The position numbers and the translations under genes were made by a program. A stretch of DNA of 64,000 nt, from contig CAKKNE010000001.1 in assembly GCA_918797485.1 (NCBI GenBank), forward strand, positions 3,348,001 to 3,412,000, in the 5' to 3' direction. The notes below the pieces were generated by a model. The model was not told where the DNA came from and did not search any database. It worked only from the letters and a program-made list of their open reading frames with translations. Within the stretch, counting starts at the first letter, position 1; every line of letters begins with the position of its first letter. Source of the stretch: Pelagomonas calceolata (Eukaryota). Positions 39,537 to 49,657 of this stretch are shown piece by piece.

Positions 39537-39943
39537 GGTAGCACCTTCTGTGTCTATGCCTCACAGTCCGCGCATCGCACGTGTTCGTGTCGGAGCTGCA
39601 AAAACCTGCACAGCCTGCCTGCTTGGCTCCCAGTGTGCTGCACGAGACGACGTGGCAGTTACTTGTCCCCGCAGTACCAGTAATTGTGCTTGCGAGTACT
39701 TAGCAACGCGCTACAGCTGAACCAGCGCTTAGGCCGCGTGTCGCGTGGCTCTGCTGCCTCTTTGCTCTCACCAGCGCTGGCAGAGCTGCTCTCTACCAAG
39801 CTGCGCAAACTACCGCACGGCTGCGTAGGACTCGGTTTTGCACCTCGTTGACCTCGGTCGCGATCCGTAAGCAGTGCTCGGTGGCCTGCGTCGCTATCTG
39901 TCAAGGAGCACTGCCACTCACCACCACCCACCTCCTGGAAACG

Positions 39944-40414
39944 ATGCAGAGCCTCATCGCCGTAGCCCTCCTCCTAATGGCGCCGGCGGCCGCCCTCACG
40001 CCGCCGACACCGGCGCGCGCACGGCCGCGCACGGCGCTCCGCAGTATCAAGGTCACCTACATCGAGCCCGACGCCGCCGCGGAGATGGGCGTGCGCGAGT
40101 GGCCCTTCTCGGATCGGAAGGACGGCGCCGAGGAGACGGTGCCGGCCGGCGCCCAACGATATGTTTTGAAAGGAACGGGCACGGTAGAGTGCTCGGACTA
40201 CGCGGGCGGCGTGGCGGACGACGAGGCTCAAACGGTCGGCCCGGGGTCGTTGGTTGAATGCGAGGCGCAGACGAATCTGCGATGGCGTTGTGAAGAGGGC
40301 CAGTTCACGGTCCTCACGCCGTCCTTCGAGGACTGGACGGAGTACCTCTCGACGGTCGCGATCCTGATCCTCTTCTTCGGGTTTCTGCTGGCGAACGCCG
40401 GTAGTTTTGGCTAA
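39944..40414 (+). CDS. Cupin-like (DUF861/cupin_3) protein with signal peptide and C-terminal TM helix
   Basis: MQSLIAVALLLMAPAAA signal; EMGVREWP, RYVLKGTGTV, TVGPGSLV, LRW. Confidence 0.6.
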   Translation: MQSLIAVALLLMAPAAALTPPTPARARPRTALRSIKVTYIEPDAAAEMGVREWPFSDRKDGAEETVPAGAQRYVLKGTGTVECSDYAGGVADDEAQTVGPGSLVECEAQTNLRWRCEEGQFTVLTPSFEDWTEYLSTVAILILFFGFLLANAGSFG

Positions 40415-40422
40415 AGTTAAGT

Positions 40423-41244
40423 TTAGAACAACAGAGTAGGGAGGACGACCATAAAGCAGGTTTGCCACGCCGCCTGGGCGGCCCGCGGCGTCACGCCCCG
40501 GAAGCAGCCCGCCAGGCCCTCCTCCCTCCAGACGTCGCCGAGCGACCCGAGGCCGCTTTGCGCGCGGATGCGCTTCACTTCCAACGGCGTGTTCCAGCAG
40601 CTCCCGATACCGCCGAGCACGCCGCAGGCCAACAGCGGGAGGCCCAGCCGCCGCTGAAATAAGTCCGTGAGGCCCTGGCGCGACGCCCAGTTCGTGGCCT
40701 GGCGCATCGCCACGGCGCCGGCGCCCGCGTATATAGTTGCGATTCCTCTCCATAGGGACTTGTCGGCGAACGCGTCTCGCAGGCATCTCACCGCAGACTT
40801 GCCCTCGACGGCCGACCTTGTGACTAAATAAGTGCAGGGCCCCATCACTAAGGCCTGGCACGCGCCCGCCGCCGCGCCGACCGCGAACGCCGCGAGCGCC
40901 GTGTCCGCGATGGACGGCGCTGTTTGTCGCAGAAATTCATGTGCGCATCCTCTCGCGCCTAACAAGACGGCGCCGCTGCACGAGCCTTCTACTACTCTCG
41001 CGCCCGTGCCGCTCCAGAACGCTTTTAGACCGCCTTGGTATTTGTAGACGCTTCGCAGCGACGTCGCGGCCGTCTCGTTCGGGAAGCGCGTCACCCGCGT
41101 CTTCCACTGTTCCAATGGTAAGCCGCCCGTGAGGTCCGACGCTACTCTGAGTACAGCGCCCCGCGCGAGCGGCGTCGCTGCCACTCGTTGGATGATTGAT
41201 GCGTCTGCTGTGGTGCAGGCGGCGAGGAGGAGGAGCCACATCAT
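40423..41244 (-). CDS. Mitochondrial carrier family (SLC25) protein with N-terminal signal peptide
   Basis: Three carrier repeats PLEQWKTR, PCTYLVTR, PLEVKRIR; GLKAFWSG, GLAGCFRGVTPR; MMWLLLLAACTTADA. Confidence 0.85.
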   Translation of the reverse strand: MMWLLLLAACTTADASIIQRVAATPLARGAVLRVASDLTGGLPLEQWKTRVTRFPNETAATSLRSVYKYQGGLKAFWSGTGARVVEGSCSGAVLLGARGCAHEFLRQTAPSIADTALAAFAVGAAAGACQALVMGPCTYLVTRSAVEGKSAVRCLRDAFADKSLWRGIATIYAGAGAVAMRQATNWASRQGLTDLFQRRLGLPLLACGVLGGIGSCWNTPLEVKRIRAQSGLGSLGDVWREEGLAGCFRGVTPRAAQAAWQTCFMVVLPTLLF

Positions 41245-41413
41245 CGTCCGGCAGCGCTGCTGCAGCGACAAGCTGCACACGCTTGCAAATAGAGGCCTGT
41301 CTTTACGACCGAGCGTTGGCGACAGCACGCCTGGGATTATTTTTGATCGGTTGCTGCCGTGCTGCTTGCAAACCGCAGGATACGGCTGCGACAAACGCGA
41401 CTAAAGTTTCTTT

Positions 41414-41435
41414 CTAGCGTATCGTGACACACTAG
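41414..41435 (+). promoter_or_regulatory. Double-CTAG upstream motif CTAGCGTATCGTGACACACTAG
   Basis: Degenerate copy centred between divergent starts at 41244 and 41609. Confidence 0.5.
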
Positions 41436-41608
41436 AACTGAAAAAAAAACTCGCTCTGTCTGCGTAGCACGGCCATTAGACTGCATCCGTACGTCTGCGC
41501 CACTGCGGAGCACTCATACGATAAATAGTAAGCGGCACGAGGCGCGAACAGTCGCCTGCGGGCTGACGGCACATAGTTGCATCTCCGTGCAGCTGCGCGC
41601 GCACAGCC

Positions 41609-43420
41609 ATGGCTCCGAGCCGCCGCGCGCTGGCCGGATGCGTCCTCGGATTGAGCACAGCGTTCCGGGCGCCCACCATGCACAGGAGGCGCGCGCTCGT
41701 CAAGCACGTCGAGCCCGCGGAAGCACCCATCGAGCTCTGCGAGGAGAACGATGAGTTGGACGAGGCACCGTCACCACCGCCGAGACGGCGGAACAGAATA
41801 AGAAGGAAGCTGCGCCGGTCCACTATTGGTGGTGTTGTCGGCGCGCTAGGGCCGTGGCCGACCGTACCCTGGACCTCGCTCGGTATTCTGCTGCCCTGGA
41901 CGCCTTTATTTGACACCCTGTCCCTCGTACTGCTATTCTTACGTAGTGCGAGAGTAGACTTGATGGAGCGCCGCTTTAGGGAGGAAGCTTCTACATACAT
42001 CAAGAGCACCGTCGAGACGGACGAGCCCCCTCTTCGCATATTGTGCATGGACGGCGGCGGCGTGCGGGGCGCGAACTTGCTGTCGACGCTCGATGCGCTC
42101 GATCAGAGAATAGAAGGGCCTTTGCACGAGGCGTTCGACGTCGTCTGTGGGACGTCCATTGGGGGAGCCGGTGCGTTGTTGATGGCGCACACCGAGGACC
42201 CCTTAGAACAATGCCGGAAGGCCATGTCCGACATGGCCGACGCGGTCTTCGCGAAGGCGTCCGGCTGGCGGTTGCTCGTGCGAGGGCAGATGACCGGTCG
42301 ATCGGTGCTTACCGAGGTCGTCACGGAGCGCATCGGGGCGTCGCAGGACCTGCGGGCGCCTGTCGTGGAACCGCCGCCGCCCCCACCAAAAACAAAGAAG
42401 CGGCGGCGCGTGCGGCGATTCCTCTCGCGCGTCGTGCTCCGACGGAGGCAGGAGGTGGAACCTCCGCCGAAGCTCGCCGGTCGGAAGCCCCTGGCCTTTG
42501 CGGTTGCTGCCCGGGAAGCGGAGACCGGTTCCTTGGAGCCGTTTCTGTTCCGAACCTATCCGCGCGAGCAGGGCACGGCCCCGGGCCGATCGGACGTGAA
42601 ACTGTGGCAGGCCGTCGCGGCGACGTGTGCTGCTCCTGCGGTCTTCGCGCCCGTCCAGATCGACGGCGAGAGTTATGTGGACGGCGGCGTCGTGGCCAAT
42701 GATCCGACGTTACTCGCTCTCGCCGAGGTCGCCTCCGTGTTTCCGGGACGGCCCGTCGGGGTCGTGGTTTCACTAGGATGCGGTCAAACCAAGAGGGAGC
42801 GACGAGCCGAGAGAAGGGAGGAGCGGCGCTGGTTTCGAAGACGTAAGTCAAAGAAACCGCGCGAGGAGCTTAGTGGAACAGAAAGGTGGTTTAGACGTGT
42901 AGGTTTGACCTGGGACCACGAGCCTCGCATAAGGAGACGCGCTAGACTGGCTCTACAACGTAGAAAGGCCCAGTACTTTCGGGTCGAGCCGCCTTTAGCG
43001 AGTGCCGTTTCATTGAGCGAGACGGACACGTCGAAGCTAGAGAGTATGGACGCTAATGTGAAAGAGTGGCTGACGTCGCCCGTGGTCGCTGGAAGGTTAG
43101 ATGAGATCGGGCGGTCTCTCGAGCGACGACGTATCCCGAAAGAGGAGGAGGAGATCCGCTATCCCATTACGACCAACGTGTTCCGGACGCTGAACGCGGC
43201 GCGACGGGGTGTGGGTGCGGGCGTGAACACGTTGCTGGGGGACGCTCCGCAACGATTTAGGCGGAAGACGAGACATGTGGTGGTGGACTCGTCTCGGAAA
43301 GTAGTATCAACGCTGACCGACGCCGGCGACGACGTCGCTTGGAGGTTATTGGCGCCGCCTTCACCAGGGTTGGAGGAGGCGGTGGAAGGAGAAGGGAGGG
43401 AGTGGACGGCTCTAAGTTAG
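41609..43420 (+). CDS. Patatin-like phospholipase (iPLA2-gamma/PNPLA8-like), probably plastid-targeted
   Basis: DGGGVRG, GTSIG (GxSxG), ATCAAP, YVDGGV, VVSLGCG; N-terminal ...LGLSTA-FRAP. Confidence 0.9.
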   Translation: MAPSRRALAGCVLGLSTAFRAPTMHRRRALVKHVEPAEAPIELCEENDELDEAPSPPPRRRNRIRRKLRRSTIGGVVGALGPWPTVPWTSLGILLPWTPLFDTLSLVLLFLRSARVDLMERRFREEASTYIKSTVETDEPPLRILCMDGGGVRGANLLSTLDALDQRIEGPLHEAFDVVCGTSIGGAGALLMAHTEDPLEQCRKAMSDMADAVFAKASGWRLLVRGQMTGRSVLTEVVTERIGASQDLRAPVVEPPPPPPKTKKRRRVRRFLSRVVLRRRQEVEPPPKLAGRKPLAFAVAAREAETGSLEPFLFRTYPREQGTAPGRSDVKLWQAVAATCAAPAVFAPVQIDGESYVDGGVVANDPTLLALAEVASVFPGRPVGVVVSLGCGQTKRERRAERREERRWFRRRKSKKPREELSGTERWFRRVGLTWDHEPRIRRRARLALQRRKAQYFRVEPPLASAVSLSETDTSKLESMDANVKEWLTSPVVAGRLDEIGRSLERRRIPKEEEEIRYPITTNVFRTLNAARRGVGAGVNTLLGDAPQRFRRKTRHVVVDSSRKVVSTLTDAGDDVAWRLLAPPSPGLEEAVEGEGREWTALS

Positions 43421-43428
43421 TGTGAATG

Positions 43429-43836
43429 TTAGGACTTGTAGCGCGAGGCCATCGACTCGAGGTCGTCGTTGCGCGCTTCCAGGGAATAACCGCGCGTCGT
43501 GAGGTTGCCTTCACTCGGCAGGCGCACGCCGTGGCCGTCCGCGAGATTTAGTGGTGCCGCGTTCACGGAAGCGGCCGCCGCTATGGCATTTTCGCGCGCC
43601 GGCGGCGGTCGTCTCGAATAGCCCGCGGCCGCGTTCAGGTCGTCGCCAGCTCTAACGTCGTGCGCCTCGATCTTCGTTTCGTTGCGGTGGAGTGCCAAGT
43701 CCCGCGCATCCCCTAAGGCGTCGCGCGCCGCGCGGTGCATCGCGTCTAGCACCATGCCGACGACCTCGGGCTCGTGGTCGTCTACTCCGACTGCTTTCAG
43801 CAGCGCTTCGGCCACGGCCTCCTCGGACTCGACCAT
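43429..43836 (-). CDS. TAF9: Transcription initiation factor TFIID subunit 9 (histone fold)
   Basis: LLKAVGVDDHEPEVV...ALGDARDLALH...IEAHDVR, RPPPARE, VNAAPL, GVRLP. Confidence 0.85.
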   Translation of the reverse strand: MVESEEAVAEALLKAVGVDDHEPEVVGMVLDAMHRAARDALGDARDLALHRNETKIEAHDVRAGDDLNAAAGYSRRPPPARENAIAAAASVNAAPLNLADGHGVRLPSEGNLTTRGYSLEARNDDLESMASRYKS

Positions 43837-44059
43837 TGCTGCGCGCTGCTTTGCGCCAGCGAGCTGTTTGGCGGCCGCGCCGCGCGCGGCGTTTTACACA
43901 GCGACTGAGTGGGCTGTTTTTGGCGGCCGAGCAGTGCGCGGCGACCACTTCTTGCGGTCGACGGTGTCGCGGGGGAGCGCTGCGATCCTTTGCTCGCGCG
44001 AACGGGTGCAAACGGGTGCAAGGGCGCACGCAAATGCCAAAAAGCTAATCACAGCCGAG

Positions 44060-44082
44060 GCTAGCGGTAGGTAAGACACTAG
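44060..44082 (+). promoter_or_regulatory. Double-CTAG upstream motif GCTAGCGGTAGGTAAGACACTAG
   Basis: Perfect consensus 224 bp upstream of TAF9. Confidence 0.65.
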
Positions 44083-44105
44083 CAGGCGTGAAAAACGCGC
44101 GGTGT

Positions 44106-44162
44106 CTCCCCCCCAGCCCGGCAGGGGCTCCGCCCACTAGTACTAGCACCGTAACATCGACC
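44106..44162 (-). repeat. Dispersed ~55-bp 3'-flanking element
   Basis: CCCCAGCCCGGCAGGGGCTCCGCCCACTAGTACTAGCACCGTAACATC; about 90 bp beyond the GAS8 stop. Confidence 0.7.
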
Positions 44163-44252
44163 AAAAAACGCAAGCCAGGAAGGGCGACGCCAACGAGTCC
44201 TCCTCACCGCAACATGCCATCGACGCGAAAACAGAAACTAAACGCAAGCCCC

Positions 44253-46268
44253 TTACACCGCCTGCGGCATCGCGACGGCGACCGGCGACGCCGCGTGCGC
44301 GCCGGAGACCTCCAGGGAAGCCGTCTGTACTGGCAATTGATCTTGTACCACAGTTTGCCGACGTTGGGACGGGACGCGCGACTGCTGGAAGACCGAGGTC
44401 TGCAAGGCAGAGGTCTGTAAGGGTGCAAACCCTAATTCCGCGGTCGGCACCCCCAAGTCCGTCATCTTCTGGGCCACGGCGTCCATCAGGTCCTGGTGGG
44501 CCGCCACAATCCTACTTGTTTCATCATTGATGCTAGCGAGCTCGGCATCTTTCCGGCCAATGATGTCCTTCGCGCGCGCCCGCTGCGCCGCGGCTTCTTT
44601 GGACAACCGAGACACATCCACATTGGCTCTAGATAGGGCATCGTCGAGCTGCGCATCCCGCGCTTCGAGCTGCTCGGCCACGGCGTCGAGCTTCTTCTCT
44701 AGTAACAGGTGTTTAAAGCTAGCTTTTTGTTTGACCTCACTAATCAATTCCCTGTGTTTTTCTTTCAGTTCATCTCGCTGAGCTACGACTTCCAGGTGTT
44801 TCTGCCTCAACACCTCGTCCTCCCACTTCAATGAGTTAAGACGGTTCTCGGCCACAAGTAACCGAGCCTTAGCTTGTCGTAATAAAGCTTTTTCCCCGTC
44901 ATACGCCTCCAGCTCCTTCGTAAGAACAGCAACGTCCTCTTTCGCCTTCTTGAAGGGCTCGGCCATCCTCCTATTCTCCCTCGCCACCTGTGTGGACATC
45001 AACCAGTGAGTCACCGCTATGTCGGCACCGCGGCCCTCGGAGCGGCCCAAACTCGGACACGATCGCCGAGAGATACCCTCGACCGAGTATGGAGAGTAAC
45101 ACCTCACCCAGACCACGACACACCAAAAATTGAAGGGCGCTTGCACTTGATTTCCTCGCAGCTCGCGACCGTCTCCATCGCCTTCTCGTCCTGGATCTCT
45201 CGACGTCGGACATCCGCAACTTCTTCTTTCAAGGATTTAATGAGATCCAAATTGTTGTGCGTGATGTCATTATAATAATTTTTTATTTCGGCGAAGGCCT
45301 TTTCGTGACTCGCCATCAACTGCTCGATGTGGACATTTTTTTGCCGTTCGATCGCTCCACAATCTTTCTTGCGCTCCTCCTCGAGCGCTTCTCGGACCGC
45401 TTTCGTCTTCGCTTCATATAATTTTTGCACCTCGGTGCCCTTCCGCGCGAATTCTTTTCTCAGATCATGCACGGCCCTGTCATGCGTCGCTTTTAATGAG
45501 TTGAGAAAGGCGTCGTGCGCGAGTTCGTTCTCCTGCTTTTGTAGTCTCAAAGCTCGTCGGTCCGCTTTGAGCTCGGCCTCGTCGAGGCGGTGGGCCGTTT
45601 GTGTTTGAGACAAAGCCTCTTCCCCTTTCGTTTTTTCTTGCGTGACCTCGTCCTGGTGTTCATAGAGTAAGTGTTTGACGCGTTGCTTGTAGACCTTGAC
45701 CTCCACCGCATGTTTTTCTTCCAGATCCTGGAGCTCCCGCTCCTTGTTCCTGCGCGGGGCGTCGCGGTCGCTCGACGCGGTCCGATGTGGCATCGCTGAT
45801 GACCACGTAGACTCTCGTGGGATCACAACAACGGCGTGGAGGCGCCGCGGTCCCGTGACGACGCCATCGACGCGACCGCCGTCTCTCTGACACGCCGCGA
45901 CGGCCCCGACGCGGTCCGAAACAGCTCAAGATCGAAAAAGAGACCACCCCCGGCATCGTGAGCTGGACACGAGTCGCATGAATGAAGTGAAAACATCGTA
46001 GGACGCCGCGAGCGCACCTTAATTCAGCCTTCTTGTCCTCCAACCTCTTCTTCTCGACGATCCAGAAGTAGTTGAGCTGCTCCCGTTCTTGCCGGTAGGT
46101 GTCGAACTTCTTCTCCTCGACCTTGGTCTCCTTGAAGTACTCGAAGGCCTTCTTCGCTTTTAGTTGGCGGTCCTTCTCCTCCTCGGCGGTGAGGCCGCCG
46201 GGGATGACCTGGACCTTGTCCTTCTTGCCCTTCTTCTTGCCCCGGCCCTTGCCGGCGCCCTTGCCCAT
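44253..46268 (-). CDS. GAS8: Dynein regulatory complex subunit 4 (GAS8/DRC4); 3 exons 46268-46018, 45749-45170, 44987-44253
   Basis: QEREQLNYFWIV, KAELR|NKERE, VEVKVYKQRVKHLLYEHQ, HEKAFAEIKNYYNDITHNNLDLIKSLKEE, AMET|VARENRRMAEP, ELGFAP. Confidence 0.93.
44988..45169 (-). mobile_element. Introner element (182-bp intron) in GAS8
   Basis: TSD GTCGCGAG / GTGGCGAG (7 of 8 identical); TIR CTGCGAGGAAATCAA ... TTGATGTCCACACAG; last 24 nt identical to the DJ-1 intron. Confidence 0.85.
45750..46017 (-). other. 268-bp GT-AG intron in GAS8
   Basis: AG|GTGCGC...CCCGCGCAG|G restores AELR-NKERE; contains the ACGCCATCGACGCGAC motif at 45861-45876. Confidence 0.85.
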
Positions 46269-46297
46269 GGTTCACGGCCTCCGTCCGCTAGATCACA

Positions 46298-46359
46298 GGC
46301 TGCGCTGAAGGGCGTGCGCGTGTTCCACGGGAACCGGGCTGCGCTGAAGGGCGTGCGCG
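46298..46359. repeat. 23-bp direct repeat GGCTGCGCTGAAGGGCGTGCGCG x2 flanking a short palindrome GTTCCACGGGAAC
   Basis: Copies at 46298-46320 and 46337-46359, 30-90 bp upstream of the GAS8 ATG. Confidence 0.85.
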
Positions 46360-46827
46360 CTCAAGCTTTTTGGGGAGGGACGGGCCGCTGGCTGCCCTGG
46401 CGTGCCACGGGGCTGCGTGCCGGGCGTCTGGTGCCGCCGACGCGTCCGCTCGGTCCCACGGGCGCTCCTTGCCGCCGCCTAGGGCCAGTTTTAGCTCTAC
46501 CGCTCGAGCGCTGTCCCCGATGCTAGCTGATGCTACTAGGAACGCGGTGGGCTCCGGAACCAGCCGTGAGGATCGCCCGCAGGAGTCGTCGAACCCACGA
46601 GAGACGTCTCCGGCGCGCCCGCGCCGCCCCGGCCGCACGGAGCCCAGCCTGGGCCAAGCTCCTGGGCAGCACTGGCAGGAGCGCGCACCGCCCGGGCCCT
46701 GTGTGCAGGGCGCGTTGCGGATTCGCATCGCTCGTCCAGGAGCCAGCTCAAAGCGGGAAGGGGGCTGCCCCCGCGGGCACGCGCCTCGCACACCCCACAA
46801 GCACAGCCTCCCATAGCAAGGACAAGA

Positions 46828-48456
46828 ATGTTCAGCGACGATAAGAGAGGAGGCACGGCCCCAACCCCAACACCGACGCACCAGGGCCTCTTCGCCCACG
46901 ACGAAAGCACGCGGCCTCGAACTCATGACACGTCCGCGTCCGACCTCGTCGACTTAAATCTCGCGCTGCGGGCCCAGTTCCACCGGAAGAAGGAGTCGTC
47001 CTTCGTCCAGCCCCACATTAGCGAGGCCTTCGACGAGTGGGCGGCCTTCAAGCCCGTCGACGAGGGGCGCGGGAGTCCGTCGAAGGCCTTTGACGAGCCG
47101 CGGGACCTGCGGAGGAAACCCTCGGGGACGAGGAAGAAGACGCCCAAGTCCGCTCCTAAATATAGAACGGAGCGTCGCACGTCGCCGGACCGACGAGCTT
47201 CGGTCAAGCCTCGCTCTGCCACAGCTAGGTCCTTTGTCGCCCACGGCAACAAAGGTCTCAGTTCCACTCCAGTGAAACGATCGACAAGCGCAAGACCCGG
47301 CTTCAGCCAACCGAAACAACGGGAGTCGCAGGCGACGCGAGCCTGGCGATCGAAATCAGCTCGAGGCGAGCGCACGAAGCAAGCCGAACAAGCGTATCGG
47401 CCTCGAGTGGCCAAGCAGCCGAAATCAGCATCTTCCGTGAGAAGGAAGCCCCCCGTCGTCCAGACGGACCGGCCGCGTTTAACATTAAGGACGCGGCGCG
47501 ACGTGGCCGACTGGGAGCGCGGCGTGTTAAGGGCGCCACAATCACCAGTCAAAGATCTGAAGGACGACCCCTATCCCACCAGGTCTCTGGTCAAAAGATC
47601 GATCTCGCGGCGCGGCGTCCCCGAGCCCCAGCGGTCCTGGAACGAGGCCGCACTTGGCACTCGTGCGGAGGCGCGGAAACAACGACCGCCATCCAGACAG
47701 AAGGGCGCGTACCCGACCCATCTCGAGACAGAGTCAACCGAGACTGACTCACCACCTCCGTCGCCCGTCAAACGGCCGGCGACGGCGTCTCGCCAACGGC
47801 GCGACGAGCAGCCGACGAGGCCGCCCTCTAGGCAGAAATTACCCAAGCGAGCTTTAGTGTTGGATGGTGTGAGTGGCCCGCCATCCCCGAAAAAGACGAA
47901 CGCTTGGAGTGATAAGGCGCCGACGCCTACTTTATACAGTGATGAAAGTGACGACGCCCCGACGTCGCCCTCGAAAAGACAGCCCAACTCCGAGGATAGA
48001 CACCACGACCCGGAAGCCGACGGGTTTACGGCCATCGACGGCCCTCGGACGCCGTGCCCCTTCAAGATCCAGGTCCAGCACGGCTGCGAAGATGCGGTTG
48101 AATTGGACGACCTTGGTCTGTCCCGCAATTACGACAGCGGCGCAAGGTCGCCGACGAGTCGACCGCAGTCGGCGCGACATCGGTCTCCCAAGGCCTCCTG
48201 GACCCAGCCGCCTCGACAATCGTTCATGCAGCCGCGCCGGGTGGTCCGCTCGGGAAGTTCGCCGGAAATGGTCGCTGCTCTATTGGAGAGAACGGTCATC
48301 GAGGAGGTGAACGACGCGGAGTTGCAATCGATATCAGATGACGAGGACATCCTCGAGGTGGCGTCGGGGACGACGGACGACGACGACGACCCGCACCTGG
48401 AGACGAACCTCGGCGAGGAATTTCTCTCATTATTCGCGGGGACGCCCGCGGGCTAG
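46828..48456 (+). CDS. Low-complexity Ser/Pro/Arg-rich hypothetical protein
   Basis: 542-aa ORF with repeated RPPSRQK and RPxSA motifs; acidic C-terminus ending LGEEFLSLFA. Confidence 0.6.
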   Translation: MFSDDKRGGTAPTPTPTHQGLFAHDESTRPRTHDTSASDLVDLNLALRAQFHRKKESSFVQPHISEAFDEWAAFKPVDEGRGSPSKAFDEPRDLRRKPSGTRKKTPKSAPKYRTERRTSPDRRASVKPRSATARSFVAHGNKGLSSTPVKRSTSARPGFSQPKQRESQATRAWRSKSARGERTKQAEQAYRPRVAKQPKSASSVRRKPPVVQTDRPRLTLRTRRDVADWERGVLRAPQSPVKDLKDDPYPTRSLVKRSISRRGVPEPQRSWNEAALGTRAEARKQRPPSRQKGAYPTHLETESTETDSPPPSPVKRPATASRQRRDEQPTRPPSRQKLPKRALVLDGVSGPPSPKKTNAWSDKAPTPTLYSDESDDAPTSPSKRQPNSEDRHHDPEADGFTAIDGPRTPCPFKIQVQHGCEDAVELDDLGLSRNYDSGARSPTSRPQSARHRSPKASWTQPPRQSFMQPRRVVRSGSSPEMVAALLERTVIEEVNDAELQSISDDEDILEVASGTTDDDDDPHLETNLGEEFLSLFAGTPAG

Positions 48457-48474
48457 TAAGAACAATACATGTGC

Positions 48475-49338
48475 TTAGGTCGCGTACTTCTCCAGCGCTC
48501 TATCGACGCGCGAGGAGACCTCCTCCTCCAGTCTCCACTCGAAGGGCCGCTTCGGGGGCAGCGTTGCGGGTTGCGTGACCATGGGTCCCGCGACTTCCAA
48601 CGCCTTGGCCCGTCCGAAGATCGCCTCGACGCAGCAGAGCGACCATTCTAAGGCGGTGCCGGGACCCCTACTGGTAATAATATTCGCGTCCCAGACGACC
48701 CGACCCTCCGTGTAAGGCTGCGTCTCCTCCAGACTTCCGCCGATCTCGTCGATGAACGCGGGATGAGACGTCGCGGCGACGCCTTCCAGGAAGCCCTTCG
48801 GCTCGCCCAAGACGGCTGGCGTCGCGCAAATCATGGCTAGCGGCCTCATGGCCCGCCAGTGCTTCTCGAGCGCGGGATGCAATCGGACGCTATCGCGGAT
48901 ACGTTCGGCGCCCGGCATGCCGCCTGGGATCTGTGTGGACATCAACCAGTGAGTTCGGTTACGGGGATGACGTCGCGTCGATGGCGTGGGGCGCGCGAGA
49001 TTTGAATTCCACACAGGCTCGACCGCGATCAGGTCCCAGCCCTCCTTGCCCCCTTGGCGGCCCGTCACCGCCTTGATATTGCAGTCAGCCTCGATCTTCA
49101 CGCCTCGGCTGCAAACGACGCGGTCTTCCTCCTCGACGCTCGCGAGCACGACCTCCGCGCCGGCCCGGCGCAAAACGTCGACGACGGTCACGACCTCGAT
49201 CTCCTCCGTGCCGTCGGCGATCGGTACTAGGACGCGTTTCGCCTTCGTGCCGGCCGCTGGCTTCGTGCCGGTCGCTGGCTGAGCCGACAACGCGGCGGCG
49301 ACGGCTAGCGCGGCGAGACACAGCGCTGCAAGTCGCAT
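48475..49338 (-). CDS. DJ-1/PfpI (ThiJ/YajL) family glyoxalase/deglycase with signal peptide; 2 exons
   Basis: VLVPIADGTEEIE..VDVLRRAG, WDLIA|IPGGMPGA, ICATPA (catalytic Cys), ITSRGPGTA. Confidence 0.92.
   Translation of the reverse strand: MRLAALCLAALAVAAALSAQPATGTKPAAGTKAKRVLVPIADGTEEIEVVTVVDVLRRAGAEVVLASVEEEDRVVCSRGVKIEADCNIKAVTGRQGGKEGWDLIAVEPVWNSNLARPTPSTRRHPRNRTHWLMSTQIPGGMPGAERIRDSVRLHPALEKHWRAMRPLAMICATPAVLGEPKGFLEGVAATSHPAFIDEIGGSLEETQPYTEGRVVWDANIITSRGPGTALEWSLCCVEAIFGRAKALEVAGPMVTQPATLPPKRPFEWRLEEEVSSRVDRALEKYAT
48931..49023 (-). mobile_element. Introner element (93-bp in-frame intron) in the DJ-1 gene
   Basis: GTCGAGC + TIR CTGTGTGGAATTCAA ... TTGATGTCCACACAG; 31 extra codons interrupt the conserved DLIAIPGG. 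Confidence 0.85.
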
Positions 49339-49657
49339 CTCCAAAGTGCTACCAGGATTGAGCCGACGACGAGGTGCAAATTTCGATGCGCTATACAGCA
49401 GTAGCGTTAAACGCGTCTGCTGCGCAGCAATACCACGCGTGGTGCGCGTGCGCGCAGCCGATGGCCTCACAAGAGAGTTTGAGCTGCTGGAGAGAGCAAG
49501 GCGATGTGTTGGCTTTAGAGGCCGCTCATGCGCGCATTCGTCACCGTCCGATCAATCAGACCTGTGCTTGAGACCACTGCGGCCTCTATCAGTCGGGTAA
49601 CCTATCGTCTGCGCTGCGTCGCGACGCGCCGCGGGAAGGCTGCAGGCTGGCAGCACG

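Noticed and set aside
46322..46334. RFX X-box-like palindrome upstream of GAS8
   Set aside because: Imperfect match, not seen upstream of BBS1, and RFX factors are not expected in stramenopiles
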